A DNA stretch of 64,000 bases from Corallochytrium limacisporum Hawaii (Eukaryota > Protista > Pluriformea). This document shows positions 1 through 9,267 of this stretch, in pieces. Where the stretch lies: positions 1-64,000 of the forward strand of contig PDIP01000016.1 of NCBI GenBank assembly GCA_002811645.1. Reading direction: 5' to 3'. The position numbers were made by a program, and so were the translations under genes. How positions within the stretch are numbered: position 1 is the first letter of the stretch; each line of letters opens with the position of its first letter. The notes beneath the pieces are model-generated. The model was not told where the DNA came from. It searched no databases and was given only the letters and a program-made list of their open reading frames with translations.

Positions 1-2
1 GG

Positions 3-1451
3 GTGGTGGTCGCCCTACTGGCAGTATGTACTGCGTGGTTTATCTACACATTCACTCCTAGAAGGCTACCGGGAATCCCCGGTCCCAAGCCAGAGTTCTT
101 CTTTGGAAACGTGCGTACTCTTTGGCAATGGGGCAGTCGTCGTCAGATATTCCTTTTATTCAATAAGTGGAGCGAGGAGTACGGAGACATCATGACATTC
201 CAGCCTCTTTTCAACCGTAACGCCACCGTTGTGCGGGATCCGGTAGTTGTTCGGGAAGTGCTAAAGAACGTCGCTGGCGATGGCGTCGTGCTGCGTAGTC
301 CGACTTTGAAGCGCGGGTTCGCATATCTGGCCAAGGGTCTGCTCGTGCTTGAGGGTGATGAATGGCGTCGCCACCGTCATTTAGTCCTACCCGCCTTCAA
401 CACTGCCCGCCTTCGCCCCGTAGCTGAGATCACCTACGAGGTGTGTGTCTCTATGGGTGAACGCTGGCGGCGTCTTGGCAAGGACGCTCCTATAAATATG
501 CATGCTGAACTTAATAAGATGGCAATGCAGGTCCTATTGAAGGCTGTGTTTAGTCTAGACTATGATATTGTGAACAATCCAGACGTCAAGCTCCGAGATG
601 CTATGGCGCGTAACTCTACAGCTGTGGGCCGCCGCAGTGCTTTGCCTAAGTGGACACACCGCTTCCTCGACGACAACAAGCAGTTTGACGATGATAGAGA
701 GTACGTCAACGGTTTCATCACCAACCTGATCCGCGAGAGACAGGCCACAAACGAACGCTCCGACCGCGACGTTCTTGCTCTACTCATCAACCAAGCTATG
801 GAAGGCAAGATCACCGAAGACGAAATGGTTCATGAGACGGTCATGTTTTTCAAGGCTGGCCACGAGACAACCGCCACCGCGCTTACATGGGTGATGTTCC
901 GCCTAAGCCAGGACAAAGAACTAACTCGTAAGTTGCGTGAAGAGGTCCTTCAAGTTGCTGGCAGCGCAGAGAAGACAGTCACTTACGACGAACTGCCGAA
1001 GCTGGAGCTGCTCGATGCAGTCATCAAGGAGACTCTTCGTCTGCATCCTGTCGCCCCGGTGACCTCCAGAGAGCTTCTGCAGGACATCAAGTGCCCGAAT
1101 GGCATGGTTATTCCGGCCGGTGCCACCGTTGTGTGCAACTTCTACGGTCTCAATCGCCATCCAAAGTATTGGAAGGACCCTGAGGAATTCAAACCCGAAC
1201 GCTGGATGCAGCCTAACTTTACACCGGTGCCTGGCACCTTCTTGCCATTTGGCAGTGGACCGCAGAGCTGTATTGGCGAGCGTCTGGCCCGCACGGAGAT
1301 GAAGGCAGCTCTGGCGTCCCTGGTACGAGAATTCGACTTTGAACTGGACGCCCAGCCAGAGAAGCTACTAGCTAATGCTGTCCATGCCATCACATTGGGA
1401 CTAAAGAAAGGATGCCCCGTGCGTGTCATTCCTGTTGACCAAGTAGCGTGA
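3..1451 (+). CDS. Cytochrome P450 (CYP4/CYP46-like clan), 5' end truncated by the window edge
   Basis: N-terminal TM anchor followed by PGP; WxxxR (WRRHR); I-helix AGHETT; K-helix ETLR; PERW; heme motif FGSGPQSCIG. There is no ATG at the window start, so the true start lies upstream. Confidence 0.95.
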   Translation: MVVALLAVCTAWFIYTFTPRRLPGIPGPKPEFFFGNVRTLWQWGSRRQIFLLFNKWSEEYGDIMTFQPLFNRNATVVRDPVVVREVLKNVAGDGVVLRSPTLKRGFAYLAKGLLVLEGDEWRRHRHLVLPAFNTARLRPVAEITYEVCVSMGERWRRLGKDAPINMHAELNKMAMQVLLKAVFSLDYDIVNNPDVKLRDAMARNSTAVGRRSALPKWTHRFLDDNKQFDDDREYVNGFITNLIRERQATNERSDRDVLALLINQAMEGKITEDEMVHETVMFFKAGHETTATALTWVMFRLSQDKELTRKLREEVLQVAGSAEKTVTYDELPKLELLDAVIKETLRLHPVAPVTSRELLQDIKCPNGMVIPAGATVVCNFYGLNRHPKYWKDPEEFKPERWMQPNFTPVPGTFLPFGSGPQSCIGERLARTEMKAALASLVREFDFELDAQPEKLLANAVHAITLGLKKGCPVRVIPVDQVA

Positions 1452-1472
1452 AAGATAGTGGATGTACTATGT

Positions 1473-1860
1473 AACCATAACTTAAACTTTTCCAATAAAA
1501 CATATTATATTTGGTACCGTTCGGGGTTCCACCCGATGACACAGCCTCAACGACATCGTCATCAACCCGTATCGTCATCAACCCGTATCGTCATCAACCC
1601 GTATCGTCATCAACCCGTATCGTCATCAACCCGTATCGTCATCAACCCCTCACCCGTCCCTCACGCCGTCTTGTTGCGGTCCCCTCCCTGTCAGCCCGAA
1701 CCATAACTTAAACTTTTCCAATAAAACGTATTATATTTGGTACCGTTCGGGGTTCCACCCGATGACACAGCCTCAACGACATCGTCATCAACCCGTATCG
1801 TCATCAACCCCTCACCCGTCCCTCACGCCGTCTTGTTGCGGTCCCCTCCCTGTCAGCCCG
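1473..1860. repeat. Tandem duplication: copy 1 at 1473-1698 (226 bp), copy 2 at 1699-1860 (162 bp)
   Basis: Both copies start aaccataacttaaacttttccaataaaa and end ccctgtcagcccg. They differ by one substitution (cat/cgt) and by 6 versus 2 copies of an internal 16-mer. Confidence 0.95.
1555..1650. repeat. 16-bp minisatellite (atcgtcatcaacccgt) x6
   Basis: Units start at 1555, 1571, 1587, 1603, 1619 and 1635; the last ends in cct. There are no spacers. Confidence 0.95.
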
Positions 1861-1988
1861 ACCTCTCCAACCTCCCCTTCCTCTTGACGCTGTGTCCTAC
1901 GCCCGTTGTTGTGACTCCCGTTCCCTCCCGGACCCCGAGTACCGGCCGGCATCCCGTTCGGACCTTCATATCCGGCACTGTTGGTGCA

Positions 1989-2113
1989 CTAGGGTACTTG
2001 AACTATTGGAAGAAATTCAATATAACCAAGAGTGGAAGAACGGTAACGACTTTCATATGGGACAGACGGACAGACAGACAGACAGTGAAGAGAAACAATA
2101 GTTTTAAGGAAGA
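1989..2113 (-). mobile_element. Candidate non-autonomous Helitron/DINE-like element (may extend to 1473)
   Basis: Minus strand reads A|TCTTCC... at 2113, then a (GTCY)6 microsatellite at 2061-2085, then CTAG|T at 1989. It is adjacent to the tandem repeats. Only a weak subterminal hairpin is present. Confidence 0.3.
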
Positions 2114-2190
2114 TCCATAGGCAAAATTCGAAACAATGAATATGTTGTTTGCGGAGGTTGAGAAAGAATAAGACTGTACACAGAAAAACA

Positions 2191-3108
2191 ATGACAGATC
2201 AGGTCACTGTGCCAAAATGCAGCAGCCTAGACGATTACATTGTGCTTGCACGGTTTGAAGCAGGCTGTGCTGTACTTCTCACACCCGATCTACGGTCAGT
2301 CGATGTTCCGCGGATGATGGTCCCAATGGACCTGGAACCAGGTTCCATCGTCAAAACTATTGTTCGACCGCGACAGGACTTGGAAGAAGCCGAGCACAAA
2401 GAATTTCTGCTTACCCAAGACGAAATTCTGCGCAAGGCAGAGAAAGAGTTCATGGACACTCGGGAGCGCAAGAGACCCAGTGTAATGACCGAAGTAATTC
2501 CTGCAGTGCTGTACATTACGAACCTGAAGGGATCGAACCGTTGGGGCATTGAATTTCCACGTTACAACATCCGGCAGTTGATTAGTTTTGGCAAGAAGAC
2601 CCCAAACATTGACGTGCCGGAGTGCGCAGAGACGGTCTTCCACCACGAGGCTGAGGACACAAGCAGCTGTGACATATACCATCTGCTGAAGCCGGTCGCA
2701 GACGCAATCGCGGCAGCATCAGAGAAGAATGAAGCGACCGTTCTGGTCTGTTCGGAACTGACTTCGGTGCCTATTTGCTTCTGCATGGCTTATCTGATGA
2801 GCTACAGGAATATGCGACTGCCCGATGCTTTCAAGTTTATGACCAAGGTCAATTCTTCTGCGGAGCCAAATTTTGGTTTCATGACCCAACTAACTCGTTA
2901 CGCCAAGAGCGAATTCAAGCACGAGGAACGGGAGTTTTTGGCAGACTATGCTCTGGACATTCTCAAGGGATGGGATGTCACCAAGGAGGACATGTTGCAG
3001 GCGTTGACAGACAACAGGGATGACCTGCAACTGGCAATCCACCAGCTCATGACTGGAGAGAAACCTGGGCTTGCCACAGCCGATGGGGGGCCAGAACCGG
3101 AAAACTAA
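2191..3108 (+). CDS. Chs5-N-like domain + degenerate dual-specificity phosphatase domain + C-terminal UBA/CUE-like domain
   Basis: ATG at 2191. RFEAGCAVLLTPDLRSVDVPRMMVPMDLEPGSIV resembles the Chs5 N-terminus. EVIPAVLY, MAYLM and EPNFGFMTQL are DSP motifs. The active-site loop reads LVCSELTSVP instead of HCxxGxSR. KEDMLQALTDNRDDLQLAIHQL is UBA-like. Confidence 0.8.
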   Translation: MTDQVTVPKCSSLDDYIVLARFEAGCAVLLTPDLRSVDVPRMMVPMDLEPGSIVKTIVRPRQDLEEAEHKEFLLTQDEILRKAEKEFMDTRERKRPSVMTEVIPAVLYITNLKGSNRWGIEFPRYNIRQLISFGKKTPNIDVPECAETVFHHEAEDTSSCDIYHLLKPVADAIAAASEKNEATVLVCSELTSVPICFCMAYLMSYRNMRLPDAFKFMTKVNSSAEPNFGFMTQLTRYAKSEFKHEEREFLADYALDILKGWDVTKEDMLQALTDNRDDLQLAIHQLMTGEKPGLATADGGPEPEN

Positions 3109-3179
3109 ACAATTCATCATCATGACGACAAATGCGCATGTACGAAAATTGCGATTACACATATATACATCATACTTTG

Positions 3180-5501
3180 TCAACCCTTTGCAGTGCGTAT
3201 CGTGCGATATGCCCACGAAATGTCGGCGAACTTGGCGTGCAGATCGGTTTTGTGATCTTTCGAGGCATCCGCGTACCGGTCCGGATGCCATAGTTTCGCC
3301 AACTGACGATACCGAGCGACAACTGCGCGTTCGTTGCTATCCCTGGGGAGATTGAGAATGTGAAAGGCGCGGGAGACTTTGTCTCCTGTCACGCTAAATT
3401 GACGGTGTTCCGGCGGTGATCGTCGGCGCCGGTGGTGCTGGTCCTTTTGCGGAGTGAAGGCGTAGCGCCAACTTGGTCTTCCCTTCTTTCTGGGCCGCTG
3501 TTTCTCCCGAAGACCCTCACGATTCAGACCTTCCTTATTCACGGCTTCCTCGGTAGATTTATGGAAATTCTGGACGTGATGTTCCAGCAGGACATTTGAG
3601 CGAAAGCGACGACTGCACCAGGAGATTTTGCAGACAAAGGGTAGATTTCCACATTGCGCGATGTGGGCATTCAGTTGAGCTGTTGTGGCATACCACCGGC
3701 CGCATCCAGGGGTAGGACACTGCTTCGGTGTATCGAGTGTTGCGCTGTGCAACCGACAGTGGACAATGAGAGAGTAGAAATCGTAGAGCACGTTTTGACA
3801 AGAAGACTGACCGCAGCGGAACTGACCTTTGTGAGTTTTCATATGTTCGATCCACCTCTCACGACTGCCAGCAATCACGGCACATTCTGGAAAGGCACAG
3901 GGATGATTTCTCCATCGACTCTCCTCCGTTGTGTAGAGTCGTGTATGAAACCCGTATTTTTGGCGCCGCTTGGGATCATAAAGACCTTTTTTCCTTACTT
4001 TCAAATTGGCCGCAATTTTGGCAATTCCTTCCTCATAAATGTGGTCGCCGACCACGTGATTGAAAAGACCGAGAGGTGTTGAACTAAATAGACACATGAC
4101 GCTGGTAATGTCCGCTTTAGCCCACTGACAGTCCAATTCCTGATCCCCAATGCGGCCATCGTCCTGTTCCGCATTCTGACCCTTTTCTTTTTCATCTGAG
4201 TGATGCTCCTGAAGGCCAAGCATGTGTGATTCCCCAACATGCCATGCAAGAGATCCCAGGGCGCTAAAGGCTCTTTTGCACTCGCTCCACCGACACTCAA
4301 ATGTTGGGCCCTTCATTTGATCGATCTTGGTTATGTATCTTGCCCGCATGTTGAGGTCAATATCATCGTCTTGGACGTGTGCAGACATCATATATTCCAA
4401 GGGAGTCGTTACCTCGCCGGTGGCAGCAAAGATATTATCAATTCCGGCTGTTGCTGCAGTGAGGGTGACTCGCTCACCTTTGGTGCCGCCAAAGATCGTG
4501 GCCATCCGAGTGTACCTCGATGCATCCCAAAGTGAGACATCTCCGGCTTCCACGGCAATGAGAATCCGATTCAATTTCTCCTGGAAGAGAATGGTCAGTA
4601 CTGGTGAAGAACCAGCTTCAAATTTTGCAAGCTCCGCACCGTCTGACAGAGCATGAACCATCACTTTCCCATCGACAGCCCCGCTATACAGTAGACCATG
4701 CTTAATGACCAAATACGAAATGTCGCTTGTATGCCCAAGATATCCGGTGGACTGCTTTCCCGAGTAAATGGATCGTGAGGTGATTTTCCCACCCATGTGA
4801 CCAACAACAACCCGGACTCCTTGCGGCACCATTGCCGTGACTGGGGTCTCGCAAACCAAAGTTTGTTGTCCTTTTCGCAAGTCGCCTGTGACTGTCACAT
4901 CAAAAAAGGTAATAGTTCTATCACACAATACAGCCAAGCCCATTGCAAGAGACACCATGCTCAAGCAGGGTTCAGACATATCAAGAGCCAGCGTAAACTT
5001 CTCACTGCCATCGACAGCATTCCACACCTTTACCCGGCCCCGGAGATCGCACGTGAAGAAAAGCTCCGGTCGAGTGACCAACGTTGTAATGGCCACAATG
5101 GCATCGTTTGTGCTTCCCGGCAGAGAGTAACGTATCCGCATGGTTTCACCATCCATGGCAATGATCCCACCCGTTCCAGTCCCAGCGTATACGAGTGTAA
5201 AGAGCGACGTGAGGCATGTGATGTCAACGAGTGGCGTGAACTCCTTGCTTTGAGAGTTGCAGACCAGATTCTCGCCGCCAGCGGCAAGATGGGCATTAAT
5301 CACCTGCTGATAGACGGCTGATTCCTTAACGGTACCATCATCACCAAACTCATCAACTGACTCAAAACTATCAGTGCTGGCACTGTTCTGTCGTTTTCGC
5401 TGATTCGCAGTGGACCTGCCGTTGTCGACAAGTTCACCCTCCTCGTCAGATACCAGGTCAATCGTCGCTGGCTCTTCACGAGGATTGTTCCCAGAGCTCA
5501 T
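3180..5501 (-). CDS. WD40 + six C2H2/C2HC zinc fingers + C-terminal J-domain protein (ZNF106-like core)
   Basis: 773-aa ORF. WD-like repeats (GHTSDISYL...LYSGAVDGKV, VKVWN, VSLWD). Fingers begin CRWSEC, CQW..C, CAFPEC, CGQSSC, CPTPGC and CKISWC. J-domain AFHILNL...YRQLAKLWHPDR...FADISWAYRTI. Confidence 0.85.
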   Translation of the reverse strand: MSSGNNPREEPATIDLVSDEEGELVDNGRSTANQRKRQNSASTDSFESVDEFGDDGTVKESAVYQQVINAHLAAGGENLVCNSQSKEFTPLVDITCLTSLFTLVYAGTGTGGIIAMDGETMRIRYSLPGSTNDAIVAITTLVTRPELFFTCDLRGRVKVWNAVDGSEKFTLALDMSEPCLSMVSLAMGLAVLCDRTITFFDVTVTGDLRKGQQTLVCETPVTAMVPQGVRVVVGHMGGKITSRSIYSGKQSTGYLGHTSDISYLVIKHGLLYSGAVDGKVMVHALSDGAELAKFEAGSSPVLTILFQEKLNRILIAVEAGDVSLWDASRYTRMATIFGGTKGERVTLTAATAGIDNIFAATGEVTTPLEYMMSAHVQDDDIDLNMRARYITKIDQMKGPTFECRWSECKRAFSALGSLAWHVGESHMLGLQEHHSDEKEKGQNAEQDDGRIGDQELDCQWAKADITSVMCLFSSTPLGLFNHVVGDHIYEEGIAKIAANLKVRKKGLYDPKRRQKYGFHTRLYTTEESRWRNHPCAFPECAVIAGSRERWIEHMKTHKGQFRCGQSSCQNVLYDFYSLIVHCRLHSATLDTPKQCPTPGCGRWYATTAQLNAHIAQCGNLPFVCKISWCSRRFRSNVLLEHHVQNFHKSTEEAVNKEGLNREGLREKQRPRKKGRPSWRYAFTPQKDQHHRRRRSPPEHRQFSVTGDKVSRAFHILNLPRDSNERAVVARYRQLAKLWHPDRYADASKDHKTDLHAKFADISWAYRTIRTAKG

Positions 5502-6153
5502 AGTTATTTGTTTTCTATAGGCAATACATAGTCACTTTAAACTTGTGAACACCTGGAGGATATGTATATCCTGCCCAGTGACAGTATGTCCATGTCTACC
5601 AACGTGCCCGTGCATTCGATTCTCACTGTACAGCGTCACATGATCAAGAAGTGCGTGTATGATCTGCACTACATACTCATGATTCACTGCGCGAGGGGGT
5701 TATTTTCCTTTTTTACCCTGCGCTCGGACAGGAACGCTATTAGACTATCATGGTACCACGTACAGCACGATGGACGGGGGGCAAAGAGGCACACGGACCC
5801 ACACTGGAGCCCAAGGTAGACACTGCTGCGGATCTCCAAGCGGGTGGGTCCAATTACTTACTGCCCCGCCCCGCCGCCCAACCGCTTCCCCGGGGGAGGA
5901 CCCCCGGTGCTCGGACCTGAGAGATTTTCTGAATGTTCGCGAGTGGGTCAGCAAAGGCTCACCATCTCCGGGTTGGGGGAGGAATCCGCCAGTCTGTACT
6001 GGTCAGTGTCTTTCGGACTCAACGGTTTGACGGAATCTCGTAGTTTAGTGAACACTGCGACAGAAGCATGATTTCAATACAGTGATCGTAGAGCACGAGG
6101 TATTTAAAAATCTTTGCTATGAGAGTCACTACAACTTTCCAGTTCCCTCATAT

Positions 6154-6190
6154 GTGAAGAATTACTGTGAAGAATTAACGTGAAGAAATA
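6154..6190. promoter_or_regulatory. Three GTGAAGAA direct repeats at a 13-bp period upstream of HIS3
   Basis: gtgaagaa at 6154, 6167 and 6180. A regulatory function is inferred only from position. Confidence 0.3.
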
Positions 6191-6234
6191 TTAACTCGTG
6201 AGTTCGTTGAGTTTTGGTTTCCAGACTGTTCAGT

Positions 6235-6882
6235 ATGACCGCTAACGGAGATGCAAAAAAGCGCAAAGTCGCTGAGGACGGAGAAGTCGTTCGCATCTCG
6301 GAGACGATTAAGCGAGAGACCAAGGAAACGCAACTTACCTGTCAGGTGAACCTAGACGACAAAACGACCAAAGCCGATATAAGCACGGGTATAGGCTTTT
6401 TGGATCATATGTTAGAACAGTTGAGCAAGCATGGAAAATTCTATATTCATCTCCAATGCAAAGGAGACCTTCATGTGGACGATCACCACACCACCGAAGA
6501 TTGTGGTATTGCTCTCGGAGAAGCCTTCCGGAGTGCGCTAAAGGGCGTGCGCGGTGTTAAGCGCTTTGGCCATGGCTATGCACCCTTAGACGAGGCTCTG
6601 AGCCGGGTTGTCGTAGACCTTTCAGGACGGCCTTATGCAGACATCAACTTGGGACTTAAACGGGAGAAACTCGGCACCCTGAGCTGTGAAATGTTGACCC
6701 ATTTCCTGTACTCCTTTGCCATTGAAGGACGCATCACTCTGCACGTGGATGTGCTAAAGGGCACCAACGACCACCACCGGGCAGAGGCATCGTTCAAAGC
6801 ACTTGCTATTGCCATTCGAGAGGCCATCACTCGAACTGGTGACAACGACGCTCCGAGCACTAAGGGTATGTTGGCCATGTAG
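6235..6882 (+). CDS. HIS3: Imidazoleglycerol-phosphate dehydratase
   Basis: [52 protein letters not shown] at 6235. Confidence 0.98.
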   Translation: MTANGDAKKRKVAEDGEVVRISETIKRETKETQLTCQVNLDDKTTKADISTGIGFLDHMLEQLSKHGKFYIHLQCKGDLHVDDHHTTEDCGIALGEAFRSALKGVRGVKRFGHGYAPLDEALSRVVVDLSGRPYADINLGLKREKLGTLSCEMLTHFLYSFAIEGRITLHVDVLKGTNDHHRAEASFKALAIAIREAITRTGDNDAPSTKGMLAM

Positions 6883-7016
6883 CCACGTCATCTGCTCCAC
6901 TATTGACCATGTATCATTTTCTCTGCTTCATACATTGCATACCTACACAACCCACACGTCCAAATCTCGAATTCTAGTCTATTCAATTTTACTTGCACAG
7001 GGCCGGACATGGGACC

Positions 7017-7616
7017 CTATGTGTCCAACGGCGCGACCTTTGTCTTAAAGTCTAAGCTAAGTAGCTCCCGCAACAGTTTGTTTTCGGCCTCCAGCTGGTT
7101 CAATCGACTCACCTTGTCCGCGGCTTCCTCCTCGATGTCCCGCATGTTGGAGGCCACGACATTGACCAACTCTTGCATCTTCTCCTTCTCCTTGATGACC
7201 TCCTGTTCTAGCTTTTCGATAGTTTCACGCTCCCGTACGACTGACTTCTGAGCATTCTGTACACTCTCCGTTGCTGCGTTTTGCAACTGAGCGACCTGTG
7301 ATCTGTGCTTAGCCATAAGCATGTCCGTGACTATTTCATAGTCCCGAATGGTGTCCAATAATTCATAATTTTCTGCCAATAATCCATTTGCTACACGCTC
7401 TAGGTCTTCATGTGACAGTTCGTTCGTGCCCTTCAATGAGGCAGTCGGCTTGTTGCCCTTGGTCAGAGTGGTCACCCGCTTCTTCTCTGCCAAACTACTC
7501 TGAAGTTTAACTCGTTCTCTCAGCGACTGTAACCGCAGATTCAATTTCGTTGTCTGCAATTCTGTGTCACTCAAGGTCTTCGTGGTCAAGTCTATTGCCA
7601 TCACAAGCTGCTCCAT
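7017..7616 (-). CDS. SIKE/FGFR1OP2-family coiled-coil protein (STRIPAK component)
   Basis: 199-aa coiled coil. ENYELLDTIRDYEIVTDMLMAKHRSQ and LNQLEAENKLLRELL match the recalled family motifs (ENxEL...LELIMSKYR; LEQENKGLRE). Confidence 0.75.
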   Translation of the reverse strand: MEQLVMAIDLTTKTLSDTELQTTKLNLRLQSLRERVKLQSSLAEKKRVTTLTKGNKPTASLKGTNELSHEDLERVANGLLAENYELLDTIRDYEIVTDMLMAKHRSQVAQLQNAATESVQNAQKSVVRERETIEKLEQEVIKEKEKMQELVNVVASNMRDIEEEAADKVSRLNQLEAENKLLRELLSLDFKTKVAPLDT

Positions 7617-9267
7617 GATTGTGAGGTTTACTTTACTGGAACACGGAAGGTGTTCCCTACCCTGTTGTCATTTGATTACTGTAGATCGTTTACGTAACAA
7701 CAACAACAACATTCTGCATCCGTATACTCCACTGCCTCAACGCAAAAATACCTTTGAACTTTCCTGCTGCCTGTGACTCGTGTTGTTGTGTACAATGACG
7801 TCCGCTGCGCGCCAGCCAGGTAAGCCAACGCTCGTCTACAAACTACAGAGCACTACCGTCGAGAAGGCCTCCGTTTGGGCTGCTCCCAGCACCGACGCTG
7901 GTGCCCTGGGCAGTGGAGGGCGCGGGAGTTTCGGACTACCCATCCCTCCCCTCCACATCTGCTCCATATTTGGAAAGTTTGGAGAGAGATTTTAGTACCA
8001 ATAGTGAACTCAAAAATGATAATTTACACCAATCACTATGCCGCCGGAACGATGGGAGAGCCTGCCCCTGTGGAGAAGGGCCCCCCGGGGAGGGGGGGGG
8101 GGGAAGAGAAAGGGGGACAAACACAAGAGTGAGAACTCGGGCCTCCAGTGCTCAGCGAAACCTTTGGTTGGTATTCAGGTTTTCTCGACCCATATTCTTC
8201 CTGTTTGAATCTCTGTCAGAACCTTTGGAAAAATATCGAGTAAGCCGGGCCGTCGAGTCTTGGCCTTGAAAGTTTCGTTCCCCCCTCTCCCCAAAATTCC
8301 AACCTCCAAAACTACAGCAGAGTGAGTATATCAACGTCCCGAATGCATCCCGTCCCTCCTCACCCTCCCGGGAACGGAGCGGGGCGGACCGCTGTACGCT
8401 CCGGGCCTCGGGACCCGCCGCCAGAAACATTGGTCCATTCCCTGCCGGTGTCGGGGCCTTCAGGGGTGTGCGGGCCCGCCGGGGGGGTCTCTCTTCAGCC
8501 CTCTCCCTCTGTCGCCTGTCTTTTCGCTCGCCCCCGCCTCTCTCTTAACGGTTCCAGTGCCTTGTTTCTATTTTGGCTGCTGCGAGTAATGACGTGCCAC
8601 AATTTTTCGGTTGTTGGTGGTGGGTTGTGATGGGGGCGGTTGTCCGGCAGACTTAGACTCGTCTCCGACGGCTTTCATCGAAATTTTGATACATAATATA
8701 TGCGGTGTTTTTTGGCGATACTGATATTAGTGTTTTCTGTATCCGTAGCCTCCCTCGCTACCTCCAGAGCAAGCAGGGGATGGTCGTCCCGCGCAAGTTG
8801 GGCTGGCGGGTCCGCTCGGACGGCTGAGGCAGAAAAATTCTGCGCCGTTGAAGCCGAAACGATCAGGAACGCTTCGAAAGCCAACGTCGTCAGTGCGTTC
8901 TTATCGCATGGAGTTGATGCATTTGGCATTGTTACTTTTCACAAACCAGGTTTCACTGAAATGCTGATATCTTGAACCATGGAGACAAACAACGTCCTCA
9001 CTTATTTCAGGCGCTATAGAGTCATCAGAAGCCCTTACCGCGGAGATTGGCCTATATTGTCTGCGATAGCGAAGGGGGAATCTATATATTCTTTGCATTC
9101 GACTAGGTAGAGACAGGATTATTGTCTCTTCAGGAAATAGAGACCCTCCAGACATGATACGAACCAAGGCTTAAAGAACCGTAGACAGAATCCATACCCT
9201 TTTGGTGGCAAATTGCCAAAGAAGAGTAGAGTAGTTTATCAGAAGGGCCCTTTGTTAGACGGAAGCG

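Noticed and set aside
1555-1810. 16-bp repeats as a CRISPR array
   Set aside because: Head-to-tail units with no spacers, eukaryotic context and no cas genes.
3-7616. P450-HIS3 neighbourhood as a metabolic gene cluster
   Set aside because: The neighbours are functionally unrelated and no backbone biosynthetic enzyme is present in the window.
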